64,000 bases of DNA, from NCBI GenBank assembly GCA_051362555.1, contig CM120642.1, positions 20,026,001 to 20,090,000 on the forward strand. Direction: 5' to 3'. Origin of the DNA: Lingula anatina. Its lineage: Eukaryota > Animalia > Brachiopoda. A program made the position numbers and the translations under genes. Below, one piece after another: positions 49,577 through 61,208 of this stretch. Under the pieces are notes generated by a model. It searched no databases and was not told the DNA's origin. It saw nothing but the letters and a program-made list of their open reading frames with translations. Every line of letters begins with the position of its first letter. The stretch's first letter is position 1.

Positions 49577-52500
49577 TATTGTACTTTATTTGCGGCCATC
49601 TTGAATTTTGAAAATTGAGCAATGTCCCTGAAGTAGCAAATTGGCTTTTGTAGCCCTAAATAATTCAATTCTTCTAAAAAAAGATGACCCGTAATAATCT
49701 ATGGGACCCATGGGAGTGGCAAACAAACTCTTGGCATCTTGTACACTAACCCATCCGTCAGTGGAATGTCAAATAAGCTGATTTTGAGTTTTGAGTCAAG
49801 ACTAAGAAAATATCATAATGAACATAACTATAAACGCGGATTTGGTTTTAATGAGACTAAATATGCAAAATACGGACATTTTTGCAGCTGTTTTAATTTC
49901 TGCCATACATTTTGACGAACATTTTAATTTTTTGCTTACTAATTTTTTGCTCAAGTGTGTTCACTGGTCTTGCTGTGCTCTTGTGATAGGATAAACGTTC
50001 AAAAAAGCTCTAAATAAAATCTATACATGTATATAGCGACTTCTGGTCGTTTTCTTTTTTTCCTCATAAATTGACGACCATATTGAAAATGCTCAGTGTC
50101 TCGTAAGTAGCAACCAAGCTAATTTTGCTTCTCTTGGTTTGAGGAGTGCGTTTCAGCAAAAAAGTTTGTCAGAAAGAACATTGCAGGTTTCAACTATTGG
50201 GCCTATGGAAGTGGCAACTCGACTAAATAGCACACAGACAGCGCTGAACTCTGCAACGGTATATTGTGATTGTTGAGAGCACAGTTATTACACAACGGGT
50301 AGAAGTCATTGGACAAGATAAGTGATCATTTGACAAATTTATCGCTATAAGTAGAGAGACTGCTGTTCGGAACACCACCAAAAATCTAAACACTTTCAAG
50401 TACCTTGACCCATTTGTGATCTATCCTGTAAATTGCACCAAACTCCATCAATAATTTTAGGCACGCTGGCGACGAACACAAAAGGAGGTAAAAACATTCA
50501 TTATGGCTTAAGCGACCAGACTAATGAACGCGTTGGCGAGAGTTAATAGCGGGATAGCATACTCTATCCCCAGTGTAACCGAGGCGTTTAACAGAATACA
50601 AATTGACTACTCTCTGGAATTATTCTTTAATCGATTTTAGCCTAACTATTCCATTGAACAACCGTTCATGTTCAGTTTTCAGATAACTCAATATGTTATA
50701 CTATTAACACAGATAATACAGCACTACCGGTTACTCTTTGAAAGGTAACGGTAGCATATTGTTGGGATACTAATCTTTGGACCAAGGAGGTCATACACTA
50801 TAGCTGACTTTTTGTAAAATTATTGTAAAGGATATTAGGCCCCTCCATGACTTCTAGGTTCAACGTGCAAACACTTATTCAATTACACGATGATGCACAA
50901 CGTTACTCATTTAGTTTTGATTTTGCAATTGCAAATTCTTTGAGAATATTCCCGGCGCTGTATTGTATTATTGTTGTGCTAGGTGCGTTTTAAAGACACA
51001 TGTCCATCAGTCTTTTATAGTGAACTCTGTTATACCAATGGATATATTCTTAACCAAATGGAAGAAAGTGTGATCTCATCTTGATGGGATACAAACTGTT
51101 CCAGATGCGACTCTACGTACTGTAGTAAGCGGTTCCAGGTACCATGTATGATACAGATCCAGAAATCAATTAATAATTAACTTAAATTCATAACCCTGTG
51201 CCCCATCTGGGCTTATATGAATAATATATCTAGAAATAATGGTCGGATTTGCACGAACGGGATAAATACGCTGATACTGATTTCTGAAAGATTTAAATAG
51301 CATTCAACTAAAAGCATCGTATGAAAAAGTTACGTTAGATTCATTTTCTAGTATTCCAGAGATTAATAAGAGGCTATTCACTCTAGTAAATCCCTGGAAA
51401 TGACGGAAAACTGTGTAATGCGATTTTTTCCCCTTTTTTTCTATTGTGCTCAATCTTCGCCATATCTTCAATCACACTAAAATGACGTTTCGGAGGGAAT
51501 TGCATTTTAAAGATTGCAGTAGTGAGAAACTGCTCCCAGGGTCCACTTCTGTGTGCAAGTCAAGACAAAAGCCACAAAGCCACTTGAATAATAGGAATTC
51601 ATGGAAGAGTGATGGCATTCGATATCTGTCTTTATGTTTTGAATGTGAAATTCACGCAGTCAGTCTATTTTGCTTGGCTAATTCCCTCAATTGTTCTGTA
51701 AATGTCAATGACTGCTAAGTTAATTCGATACAAATTGATTTTGCAGACAAATATGTTTTTAGGAAGTTATCAATCAGACGTAGTCCACAGTGGAAGATAA
51801 AAATGACTAAACTATTTGGTTTTCTAGTGAACGCTCTCAAAAGATTAAGCGTTATTTAGTCTATATTTTACAAAGCACCAGAAGGAATTCATGACAGAAT
51901 TGGTTTCAAAACTCTCTTTGGAGGTCTCCTTGTGGCAGCAAAAGGATGTATAGAGAAATTAAGGTTTTAAGTAAGTTCTGTCGTTTATCCCACAAGTAGA
52001 TCTGCTTGCGTTTTAATACCCTACAGTTTCGCTTAGCTGAAACCAATATTTCAAAAATTCATTTTCCGTGCCCCCTAACGAGATTCGGTCATTTAAGATC
52101 ATGAGTTGAACAACAAGATTCAGGTTTGAGTGTATCAAATTAAATCCCCCGTGTTGCGTATTGAGCAACTGAATACTCTTTTCTCTGATCACGCTTTCAA
52201 GCCTATACTTGGAGAAATTGACGAAATTCAACTGAAACACTAACATTGTGGCAATGCAGTTCCAATGATGTGTGCCAGTAAACAGTCACGCCTGTAAGCC
52301 AGATACGCCTGGTGGAAGGTAGGTCTTCGTGACATTTAAGCCCAGCTGCGCTGTGTACCTCAAACGGAAGTCATATCGTGTGACATCACAGTGTCGTGCG
52401 AAACGGTAACTGAGTTGAAAGCTAGTTTTACAGACACATCGCAAAATGCCAGGATAATACCGGGATAATACAGCTTTATCAAAGGCTCATGTCAGGTAGG

Positions 52501-53765
52501 CGAATAGCTAGGTGTATTGACTTTTTTTAAACAAAGTTTCGATTTTCGATTTTTTAAGAACTGTAAATATAAGGCCTGACATTTCGGTAGCAAGCCAGAC
52601 ATATGGGTACTATACTGACTTAAATAAGATCGACTTTATTCACATTGGAGCACATAAGGCTTAGAAGAGACGAACGAGTTGTTACAATCAGGTCGCAGCT
52701 TATCTTAATGTAATTACGATACATCTATAAATACTGGATAAACCTTGCCAATCTGCAAACAGCTTACCTCAAGAAGAAGGTGCTACAATTTCTACTTAGT
52801 TATAGATAGTATACATACTGCGATAGATAGTATACGTGTATTTCTACAGCAATTTTTCAGTTCCAACACGTAGAGTTCTTATCTCTACGACCGAAGATAT
52901 AAGGTCGGTATGTTACCTGGTGTTTTGCATAAAGTTATCTGTTTCTATTCAGTTTTTTAATCCGTATTATTTTAAAGCATGGCTATACTTCAACGGGCAA
53001 TAGTTTTGTACTTCGAATCCGTGCGAGTGAGTTTTGAAATAACATGGTTATTTAAAGACACGTAGACATGTTGTTTCATACAAATATATCATTGAGTGTG
53101 CTTTTTGGTTTAACAATCCAAACACCCATATTAACATATAGGCAAAGTATCCATGAAAGAGCTGATATAGATATAGTGCTACGAGACGCCTGTGTTAGCA
53201 GGATTAATTGAATTATAAACAATTCATATGTCATCATGCCAGATGTCATCTGAACTATGAATAATTAATTGACAATGTACCGTAACTTTCAATAGTTTCA
53301 AATAATTTCCGAAATGCCATCGGCGCTTTCTGCAGTCTGGGTCGAATAACGATGATCACTCACTCGAGCAAGACAATTTCCTCCACTGCTTTCGTACATT
53401 AAAAACTAGAGACATGTATAGTCGTACATTTACATGTATGGGCGTTCTTGGTACTTGTTGATGATGGTCTTATACTTGAGCAAGTGAAAATTGAGCAAAT
53501 GTCCAGTGTTTGTTCAATGTAAACCACATTGGAAAATAATGGAAATGACAAGTGAATTAAAATAAAGGTCATTAAATGAAAGTTAAGACGGTCGTTCAAG
53601 AAATTAACCTGTGACAGAAGTTGAGTGAAATCAAAACAGTTGGTGTGGTATTAACAAATATGTCATTTATTAGGCACATCACCATGTCCCTTTGCCTTAT
53701 AGGTATTAGTGAGACCGTACTTTTGCTATACATAGTTTATTACTTATCTGTGACTGGAGCAAATA

Positions 53766-53868
53766 TCTCTCTCTCTCTCTCTCTCTCCCTCTCTCTCTGG
53801 CGCTCCCTTTGGAGGACAGATGCATGTAGATAAAGAGATAGATAGTTAGATAGATAGATAGATAGATA
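53766..53868. repeat. (CT)n and (GATA)n microsatellites
   Basis: Direct reading. Confidence 0.85.
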
Positions 53869-56421
53869 CAATTGCTATCTGTCTTCAATACTAGTATATC
53901 TCAACATACCAGCAAAATATCAGCACATACTAGCAGACACATGTTTAGCAACTACGACTTTAAACCTGCCATATAAAAAGCGCACCGTCTGTACCAAAAC
54001 AAACATGGCAATGCAGAAATTAATTAGAAAGCAGTGTGGTTGCAATATACCAAAAGCTGCTTGTGTTATACATGCCACTCTCACGATGAAAGCTCGTCCT
54101 TGTACATGTAGATATACTCAGATATAGTGTGAACATCTGGGGAATGCGTTCAGATACAGGAAATCGCATCATGTAGCTGTTCTTATCACAGTAGGCCAAG
54201 TATTCCAAAAGAGAAAAAGGGAAATGTTCAAATGTTAGTCCAGGTATATTTTTCTGAACCTAGAAAGTTGATGACCCCTAAGGCATTTGTCCAGATTTAT
54301 CTTGGTGGCCACTTTGGCACATTCGGGCAACTTGAATTTCAAAGAAATATACACTACAGCGCATAAAGGCACTTGGTGTCGACTGGTATATCAAATAGAA
54401 CACATTCGAAGGAGCTAGATATACCCTGTATACATACTGTATGTCCAGAGGTGTGCGTCCTATACCTTGTGCACAACACACTGTTTTTCTTAGATTTGGA
54501 TGTGACATCTATTACCCAGTACATTTGGCCCATTTGTTTCTAATAAAAAGTAAATAAAGAGTAACTGGTGACATTTCTCTGTCCGATACATGCTCTCTAC
54601 TCGATCACTGTGTACCATCCGGACTGCAGTAGTCTCTACTGAGGCGTCGCTCTTCCTCGTAGTCCTTGCCATCACCATTTTAGCTTCTAACTCTCTATCC
54701 AATTTTCTCAGGGTCTGTAACTTGACAAATTTATCAGACGCTGGGTACATGTAGTTAGCTAAAGACACAGAAACTCTCAGGGTGGCACTTGATGACTCAG
54801 AGAAGTAATGTCAGGAAAAATAAGTCGTCCGGCATTCACCAAACACGTTAGCGTCATAGGGACATTAAAAGAGAAGCTTGCTGAGATATTTAAATAGAAA
54901 ATTAGTCGACGTATTCAGTTCCGAAACGATAAGTAAGTACGACGTATATGGTGTCTCGAAGCTGATACAGGGGATTGCATTTCTAGGATATCGTGCATGG
55001 TGGGTCTATATATACTTATATATTTAGTGCTTTGGTGTTAGGGTTTCTTGCAAAGATTGAAATTACTTTTAAGAACAAACAAAATTTAACGTTCAAACTA
55101 GAAGTGTCTTGCTTTGTTTCAAAAATGTAAACGAAAACTGTTTAAGCACCGTACTCTAACCATACTTTCAAAATAATAGATTGCTAGAATGTTAAGTCCA
55201 TCGAACGCCGAAGGCATCTCTTGGCTCCGTTCGTACATCCAATACGTTTTCGTGTACTACGACATATAGCAGCAGCATTTTATGAAGCACAGGTTTATGG
55301 CAATGTCGTGCACTTCTCATTAGTCAGTCTCTGATTTAATTAGTTCTTGATAGACGTTTAACTATAATAGCTCGTTTACTATCTGCGAAGCTGATGAATT
55401 ATTCACAAGAGCGCCCGCCGTCCGTAGCAATTGTCCACTTTGATTGATATTAATCCAATCTTCGTATCCACAACAGAATGGAAACTTCGCATTGTATGAA
55501 AGTAGACTTTTCTAATCATTTGTTTCTTTTAAATCAATTCGGCTCAATTTCTTTCCTACAGAATTTGATCCTCGTCTCAGGAAGTTTTTTGATAACTATC
55601 TTTCTTTCAAAAATAGAAAAGAAGAGAAAAAAAAGTTTTGTGGTATGATCAGCATAATTACCGGCGTTATATTCGAAAATCTGAGGATAGAAGCTCTTCC
55701 TTATTTTATAGAGTGAATTGACAACTCGTTTAACCTTTATTTCAGTACTGCATTTCTCTTCATTAACATTTGTTCAATTTTTCAGGGAGTTGGAAATAAC
55801 CTAGGTAACACACCACTGCCAGCGACAGTGCAGCGTTTTGTCCTATAACGCCACCAATTCGACTCTTTTGCGTATCATGCATCCCGAATCATTTCAGTAA
55901 TACACAATACATAAAGGAATGGTCATCAGAAAAAAAGATTTAATTATCGTTCCTTAGACCAATCAAACGAAAGGAGAATTAAAACCCTCGGCGCAACGCG
56001 TTTGCGTGAACTTTGCGTTTCTCAGAATTTGAAGAACAAGTCATTTGTTTGGTGCCGTGTTTAACACCAGAGAATATTGAACGGTTTGTCTCTGGTGGAT
56101 ACAATTCAACGTCGGATCCTGGCACATAGGAAATCAGAATCCTAGAGATTCAGATGCTGGAATGCTCTTTAAGACAATGGACTCTACGTTATTCGATTTT
56201 GCCCTAGATTTGGAACAGATTGAATGCAATTGCAGGATTCAGCAAAGGAAAGATTTTGATGTAAAGAAGTAAATATGTAACTATGATTACTGAGAATTAA
56301 GCAGGGACATAAGGCTACTTTTCAACAATGATTTAACGTCGCACTCAGTTTCAGAAGTTAGAGAGGACAAATTCTGGGTAAATATTTAGGACACACCGGC
56401 CATTTGGCTGCATTGGGAAAC

Positions 56422-57786
56422 ATGGAGGAGGCAAACGCGACCAACGCATCTTGGCCTTTTATTCACCAATTTCAAACAGCAGTGACCGCCGGCAATCATT
56501 ACGTGTTTCCAGGCACGGAAGACGTTTTGGTTGCCGTGGGCATGCTTTTAACAAACACTTCGACGGAAACATTGAAACCTTTTGATTTGTGCAACATGCA
56601 CGGGAAACACATGGATCTTGATGTCAATTTGACTCGTTCACCAATTTATGAAGCTACATTAAGTGCCCATAGAGCTTATACATTGTCGCATCAGTTATAC
56701 ATATGGCTACTGCCAGTTGTTATAATATTTGGAACTGTTGGCAATGTGTTATCATTTCTGGTGGTAAGACGGCACAAAAAGATGCAGAACTTCCCCATAC
56801 GTATCTATATCAGTGTGCTGTCGGTGGCAGACACTTTGGTGCTATATTTGAGCGGATTTCGGTACTGGGTCGGTAAGGTGACAGGAGCAGACATCAAAAT
56901 GCTCAACGATCTCTTCTGCGCTGTTTTTGGTGGCTTTTTGTACCATTTTGTGCGTCACCTTGCTGTCTGGACGGTCGTCGTTGTCACCTGCGAGAGATTC
57001 CTCCTCTTAACTTTTCCGACACAAACGTTCACGGTACTTCGCAGGCCAATGGTTATTATGGCGGTGTTATCGGCCGTTATCGCGGTGATAGACAGCTCGA
57101 CTTTGTTCACATTTAGGATAACCGATGACTGTGTGTTTAACGACGGTTCCACCACGATGACCATACAGCACAGGTGCGTCGCCAATATGACGGTGGCAAG
57201 ATCCATATGGCCCTGGATCGATTTCTCCATGTATTGCTTTATTCCCGTGACCATTCTTTGCTTTATGAACATAGCGATAATGTTTGGTCTATTTCGGGCG
57301 GACACTAAAAGAGATATGTGTAAATATAACGCCATTGTGGCTCATTCCCGCTACCACAGTCATAGAAAGTTTGCGAGGACCAGCTCAACAGCAAGTTGCG
57401 AAAGCACCGCCAGTAAACTTAGCTACGGAAAACCAGCGAATAAAAAGGGTTATTTTACAGTCATGCCACTCGTCGTGAGCACGACGCTAATTCTCTTGAC
57501 CACGCCCATTACTGTATTAGAGATAATTTATTCAGACATCAAAACAGCTGACCCGCACGTGGTGTCCGTAATACGACTTATCCGCACAATTACGTTTCTG
57601 TTGATGTACGTCAATCATTCGATCAATTTACTTTTATATGTCATAACGGGAAGAACATTTCGTAAGGAGTTGTGTAATATGTTCCCATGCACTACATCGT
57701 GCAGAGAGCAGCAGCGCAGTAATTCTAGCAGAGATTTGGCAACTTTTAATGTTAGCAAAAATCGAAAAACAAAAATTAATGTTTGA
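56422..57786 (+). CDS. Class A (rhodopsin-like) GPCR, FMRFamide-receptor-like / peptide-chemosensory type; single coding exon, 454 aa
   Basis: Seven hydrophobic segments: TM1 GTVGNVLS, TM2 LSVADTLVL, TM3 CERF, TM5 FIPVTIL, TM6 LLTTP, TM7 NHSINLLLY, helix 8 GRTFRKEL. N-terminal sequons NAT, NAS, NTS, NLT. First ATG at 56422 in gaaacATGG context; the ORF-track start at 56404 is TTG. Confidence 0.93.
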   Translation: MEEANATNASWPFIHQFQTAVTAGNHYVFPGTEDVLVAVGMLLTNTSTETLKPFDLCNMHGKHMDLDVNLTRSPIYEATLSAHRAYTLSHQLYIWLLPVVIIFGTVGNVLSFLVVRRHKKMQNFPIRIYISVLSVADTLVLYLSGFRYWVGKVTGADIKMLNDLFCAVFGGFLYHFVRHLAVWTVVVVTCERFLLLTFPTQTFTVLRRPMVIMAVLSAVIAVIDSSTLFTFRITDDCVFNDGSTTMTIQHRCVANMTVARSIWPWIDFSMYCFIPVTILCFMNIAIMFGLFRADTKRDMCKYNAIVAHSRYHSHRKFARTSSTASCESTASKLSYGKPANKKGYFTVMPLVVSTTLILLTTPITVLEIIYSDIKTADPHVVSVIRLIRTITFLLMYVNHSINLLLYVITGRTFRKELCNMFPCTTSCREQQRSNSSRDLATFNVSKNRKTKINV

Positions 57787-58144
57787 CGTGATGTCTCCAG
57801 TTCCAACATGAAGTGGTAAACAGATCTTTATTTGTTTTAATCTTCAAGTAATGGACTTTACCTCTTATGAGCTATGGGTCTCCACAAACTACATTGAACT
57901 ATTCATTTGATCTACACGATGTGTGTGAGCTAGAATACGGAGTCCAGCAGGGAGGCAAGTTTCACTCATTGTAGTTTTATGTACATTGTAGAAGTTGCAA
58001 TTTTCATTTTATTTCACAATACTTATTTAATAACTTAAAGTATCTTTATGAATTAATTCTTCAGTTAAACCAGTTGGTTAAAGAATATATATTATATCCA
58101 GGAATTCTTATTTTATTTATGTCCGTTTCGTGATAAAAAATTTC

Positions 58145-58150
58145 AATAAA
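58145..58150 (+). promoter_or_regulatory. Candidate polyadenylation signal of the GPCR gene
   Basis: AATAAA about 360 nt after the stop, followed by a T-rich tract. An alternative lies near 58367. Confidence 0.35.
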
Positions 58151-58760
58151 TTGTCATTATTGTCTTATTTACCCCTTATCTGCTCTCGTATACCCAATGA
58201 ATGTCAGTTGGCCAGCTGCTCATCATCCATAAGTAAATGTACAAATATGCTATCAGTCAGCACGGATTATCTTTTTTAAAGACGTACACGTATGTATGAT
58301 TTGCAGCCGGAGTGTACTAAACTTCCAAATTTTGATGGAAAGTAAAGATGTAAATCTTCATCTCAGAATAAAAAGACATCCGTTGGTTACATCCGTTGGA
58401 GACAAAACAATATCACATTCAAGTTGGTTTTATAAACAATAAATGCTTATATAGAAAGTGGGATTGGTTTGGATAAGTAATATTTTACCTTTAAGTAGTG
58501 TTTATCGTATGAGCTAGAATGTGACCACATCTTCAATATCAATATCGGATAATCAAGCGAAAATGCCAGGGATTATAACAGAGGATTATGGCTTATTCTG
58601 TCCACCCCTTGACAAAAATTATAAAAATGTACCATTACTAATTATTTACTTTTCTTTCATACAGTTTCATTGCGCAGATAAAGTGACAGTGCATTCTCTA
58701 CTGGAGAGTGAAGAAGCACATGTACGTTGACGAGATCAGTATTTAGCGTGAAGCCATCTA

Positions 58761-59180
58761 AGGGCTCATTCCCAAAAAATATCGTTCGCCCTAGATCGGT
58801 CCAACTTCACGGGGACTCTCGCTGAATGCAATGACGTTGAGTTGAATACAGAGAAGCTGGTGATTAGGCCTATACTATACTATACTATACTATACTATAC
58901 TATACTATACTATACTATACTATACTATACTATACTATACTATACTATACTATACTATACTATCCTATCCTATCCTATCCTATCCTATACTATACTATAC
59001 TATACTATACTATACTACATGTATACTACACTACACTACACTACACTACACTACACTATGCGTTAGAAACAAGAGGAGGTACATGTATGTTAATCTGTTA
59101 ATCTGACTGCATTTAACGAGAGTCAACGCGGAGTTGGATCGATCTACAGTAGAACGATAGTTTCATCGGGAATGAGCCCT
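58761..59180. mobile_element. MITE (related to family B) carrying an internal (TATAC)n microsatellite
   Basis: TA|AGGGCTCATTCCC ... GGGAATGAGCCCT|TA. Inner arms TATCGTTC/GAACGATA, TAGATCGGTCCAACT/AGTTGGATCGATCTA and GACTCTCG/CGAGAGTC. Confidence 0.8.
58871..59058. repeat. (TATAC)n pentanucleotide array with TATCC and TACAC variants
   Basis: Direct reading. It produces the spurious YYTIL-repeat ORF. Confidence 0.95.
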
Positions 59181-59607
59181 TAGTGCACATGAAATGAAGA
59201 TCAAGGCCACGAGCAATATGATCATTTCATACATGTTGCCTTCTGTATTGTATTAAACCCTATCTACAGAAGCTTTTAGAATTTGCCATAGAATCGAGGG
59301 TGTTAGGTTCAGTATTCGGTTCAACTGTCGTTATATTATGTTTTTACAAGTGCGAAATGTTGGAAAAATGATTTCCGTTTGGCCTGGGCTTTATTAATCA
59401 CATATTAACAGAAACAGAAACTAAGAGGAAATGTGAAAATTGGATGAGTAGGTTTTTGGCAGCTTCACTCGTAAATATGCTATCAATAAACATGGGCGGC
59501 CTTAAGTACTGGTTATCGCAAGATAAAGCTGTTGGTAGAAAGTGAAAATTAAAAAAAAAAACACTCAAAAAGGGTCACTACCAGGCATTACCAAGACCAT
59601 TATCAAT

Positions 59608-59630
59608 ATGGGCGGACCGGAAGTGAAACG
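59608..59630. promoter_or_regulatory. GC-box plus consensus ETS site (possible promoter or enhancer)
   Basis: GGGCGGACCGGAAGTG in a locally CpG-rich patch, with further GGGCGG-like motifs near 59494 and 59728. Confidence 0.35.
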
Positions 59631-60432
59631 GGACCCGTCCTCGTCCTCTTCTGAAACAGGATGGAAAATCCAGACCCTGCTGAATGCAATTTGCCAAACG
59701 GGGTGGAGTCTGCCGACTCACAAAAATACGCCCCCCTTCTTTCACCGTCCGTGATGACCTGACTGCACTAGTGTTAACCCCTGGAGATCTGCTGTATCAA
59801 AATGATATGACTTATTTATAGACAATAAAGCAATTTATATGTAAGAGAAGAAAGTAATGTGGATCCGCTCGCGATTCCAGTCCAGATTGCTTATAAAATT
59901 ACCACTAGGAAGTATTCAACAGTACGAAGGTAAATTAGCACTGACTTGGTTGATGTTTTTTGGCTGTTAATGTAACATTTGAATAATTGTGTACCGATGG
60001 AAAAAGCATTGTTTTACGTCAATGATTTAAAACTAAGTAACACTCTGTCTCATCACCGCCTAAAGCAACATTTTAATACATGTACTTTTGTGTTTTCAGG
60101 AAATGTTTTATGTAATTGTTGGTAATCTCCCAATGCATTAAATAGTCATTGGCAATGCCACCTCATTTATTTTATATTAGATCATGTTGGCGCATGTTGG
60201 CGCGGCCTCAGGTCTAATTGATTTCTATTGAGAGAATCTAGGCACCACAACCATTACGTCATACCAAGAAACGGCTTTGATTATCATGAGGCACATGGTA
60301 CTGGAAATAGTAAGACTCAAAGAAATAATCCCCTTGGATTAATATTTCGGAGGATGTAATTACTAACAAAGAGTATTGTCAAGCGCAGACCAGAGGGAAA
60401 GAAATCGGAACAATAAAAATAACATAGCATTT

Positions 60433-60587
60433 CACCTGTGACAGGTTAGAAGTATAAATATTTTGATGCATCTAGAAAGATCTACATAATAGTTGTTAAA
60501 TAATTTCTAGATGCATCAAAATATTTATACTTCTAATATTACCAAGATCTATACGGTGAATCAACATGAATCCACCTGTGACAGGTT
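60433..60587. repeat. Perfect 33-bp inverted repeat bracketed by a 15-bp direct repeat
   Basis: 60446-60478 is the exact reverse complement of 60504-60536 (25-nt spacer). CACCTGTGACAGGTT occurs at 60433-60447 and 60573-60587. Confidence 0.9.
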
Positions 60588-61118
60588 GTGTTGTTATGCT
60601 CATCAAAAAAAAAAAAAAAAAAATGAAGCTGAAAATCCCTATGAATGTTTTTTCTTCATTCCAATCTTTTTTCGAACCATATTTATGTGTGTAATATGTA
60701 ACTATCACCATCGGTTGTGAAAAAAATTACAATCACGTTTAATGCATTGGTCAATAAACACCCCCAGTACAACAAACAGTCCTTGCAAACTATTGTTAAT
60801 TGATTAGGTCTTTTTTAATGATACCATGCAGTTTTTATCTGCACGTTCCTAAGCAATTAAAAGTGAACATAACATATGGTCTGCTGAGTCGCCTGGGATG
60901 TGACATCTGTCTATAAAACCTAATTGAATTCCAACAGCCGGTTTCAGGATACTAAAATGGAGCATAAAACATTGACCCATGAGTTGCCCTCTCTACCAGA
61001 ACTGATGTCGTAAATTCCTTGGATAAACTTTCACTGGATAGAAGAAACGTTTCTTCTGTCCTAGCTGGGACATACTATTTGCATACATCGTAATCCCCTA
61101 ATAGACACAGAACAGATT

Positions 61119-61208
61119 CCCCGCGGGGATTAGGCGGCTAGATTTCAAGTGGGTTGGCCATATTTGATCCGCGGATCTGTTGGTTCGCGGATTAACTACG
61201 CTGTGAAT
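61119..61208. mobile_element. Partial, CpG-intact relative of the 5457-5674 MITE
   Basis: CCCCGCGGGG..TTTCAAGTGG..CATATTTGATCCGCGGA..GTTGGTTCGCGGATTAACTA aligns in order to about 5561-5652. Confidence 0.6.

Larger units (their letters stand above)
45492..50225. mobile_element. About 4.7-kb element bounded by long (about 400-500 bp) imperfect inverted repeats, with nested insertions
   Basis: Termini TAGTGGAGTAGCCA / TGGCAACTCGACTA. Perfect inverted blocks 45656-45673 vs 50034-50051 (18 bp) and 45680-45706 vs 49993-50019 (27 bp), with more matches inward to ~45884 / ~49700. Flanks TATAGCA / AATAGCA. Confidence 0.7.

Noticed and set aside
54490-54768. 92-aa minus ORF with a coiled-coil-like stretch
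   Set aside because: GTG start, no convincing splice context and no recognisable family.
56955-57335. 126-aa antisense ORF within the GPCR
   Set aside because: Shadow of the GPCR coding strand.
58842-59066. YYTIL-repeat ORF
   Set aside because: Translation of the (TATAC)n microsatellite.
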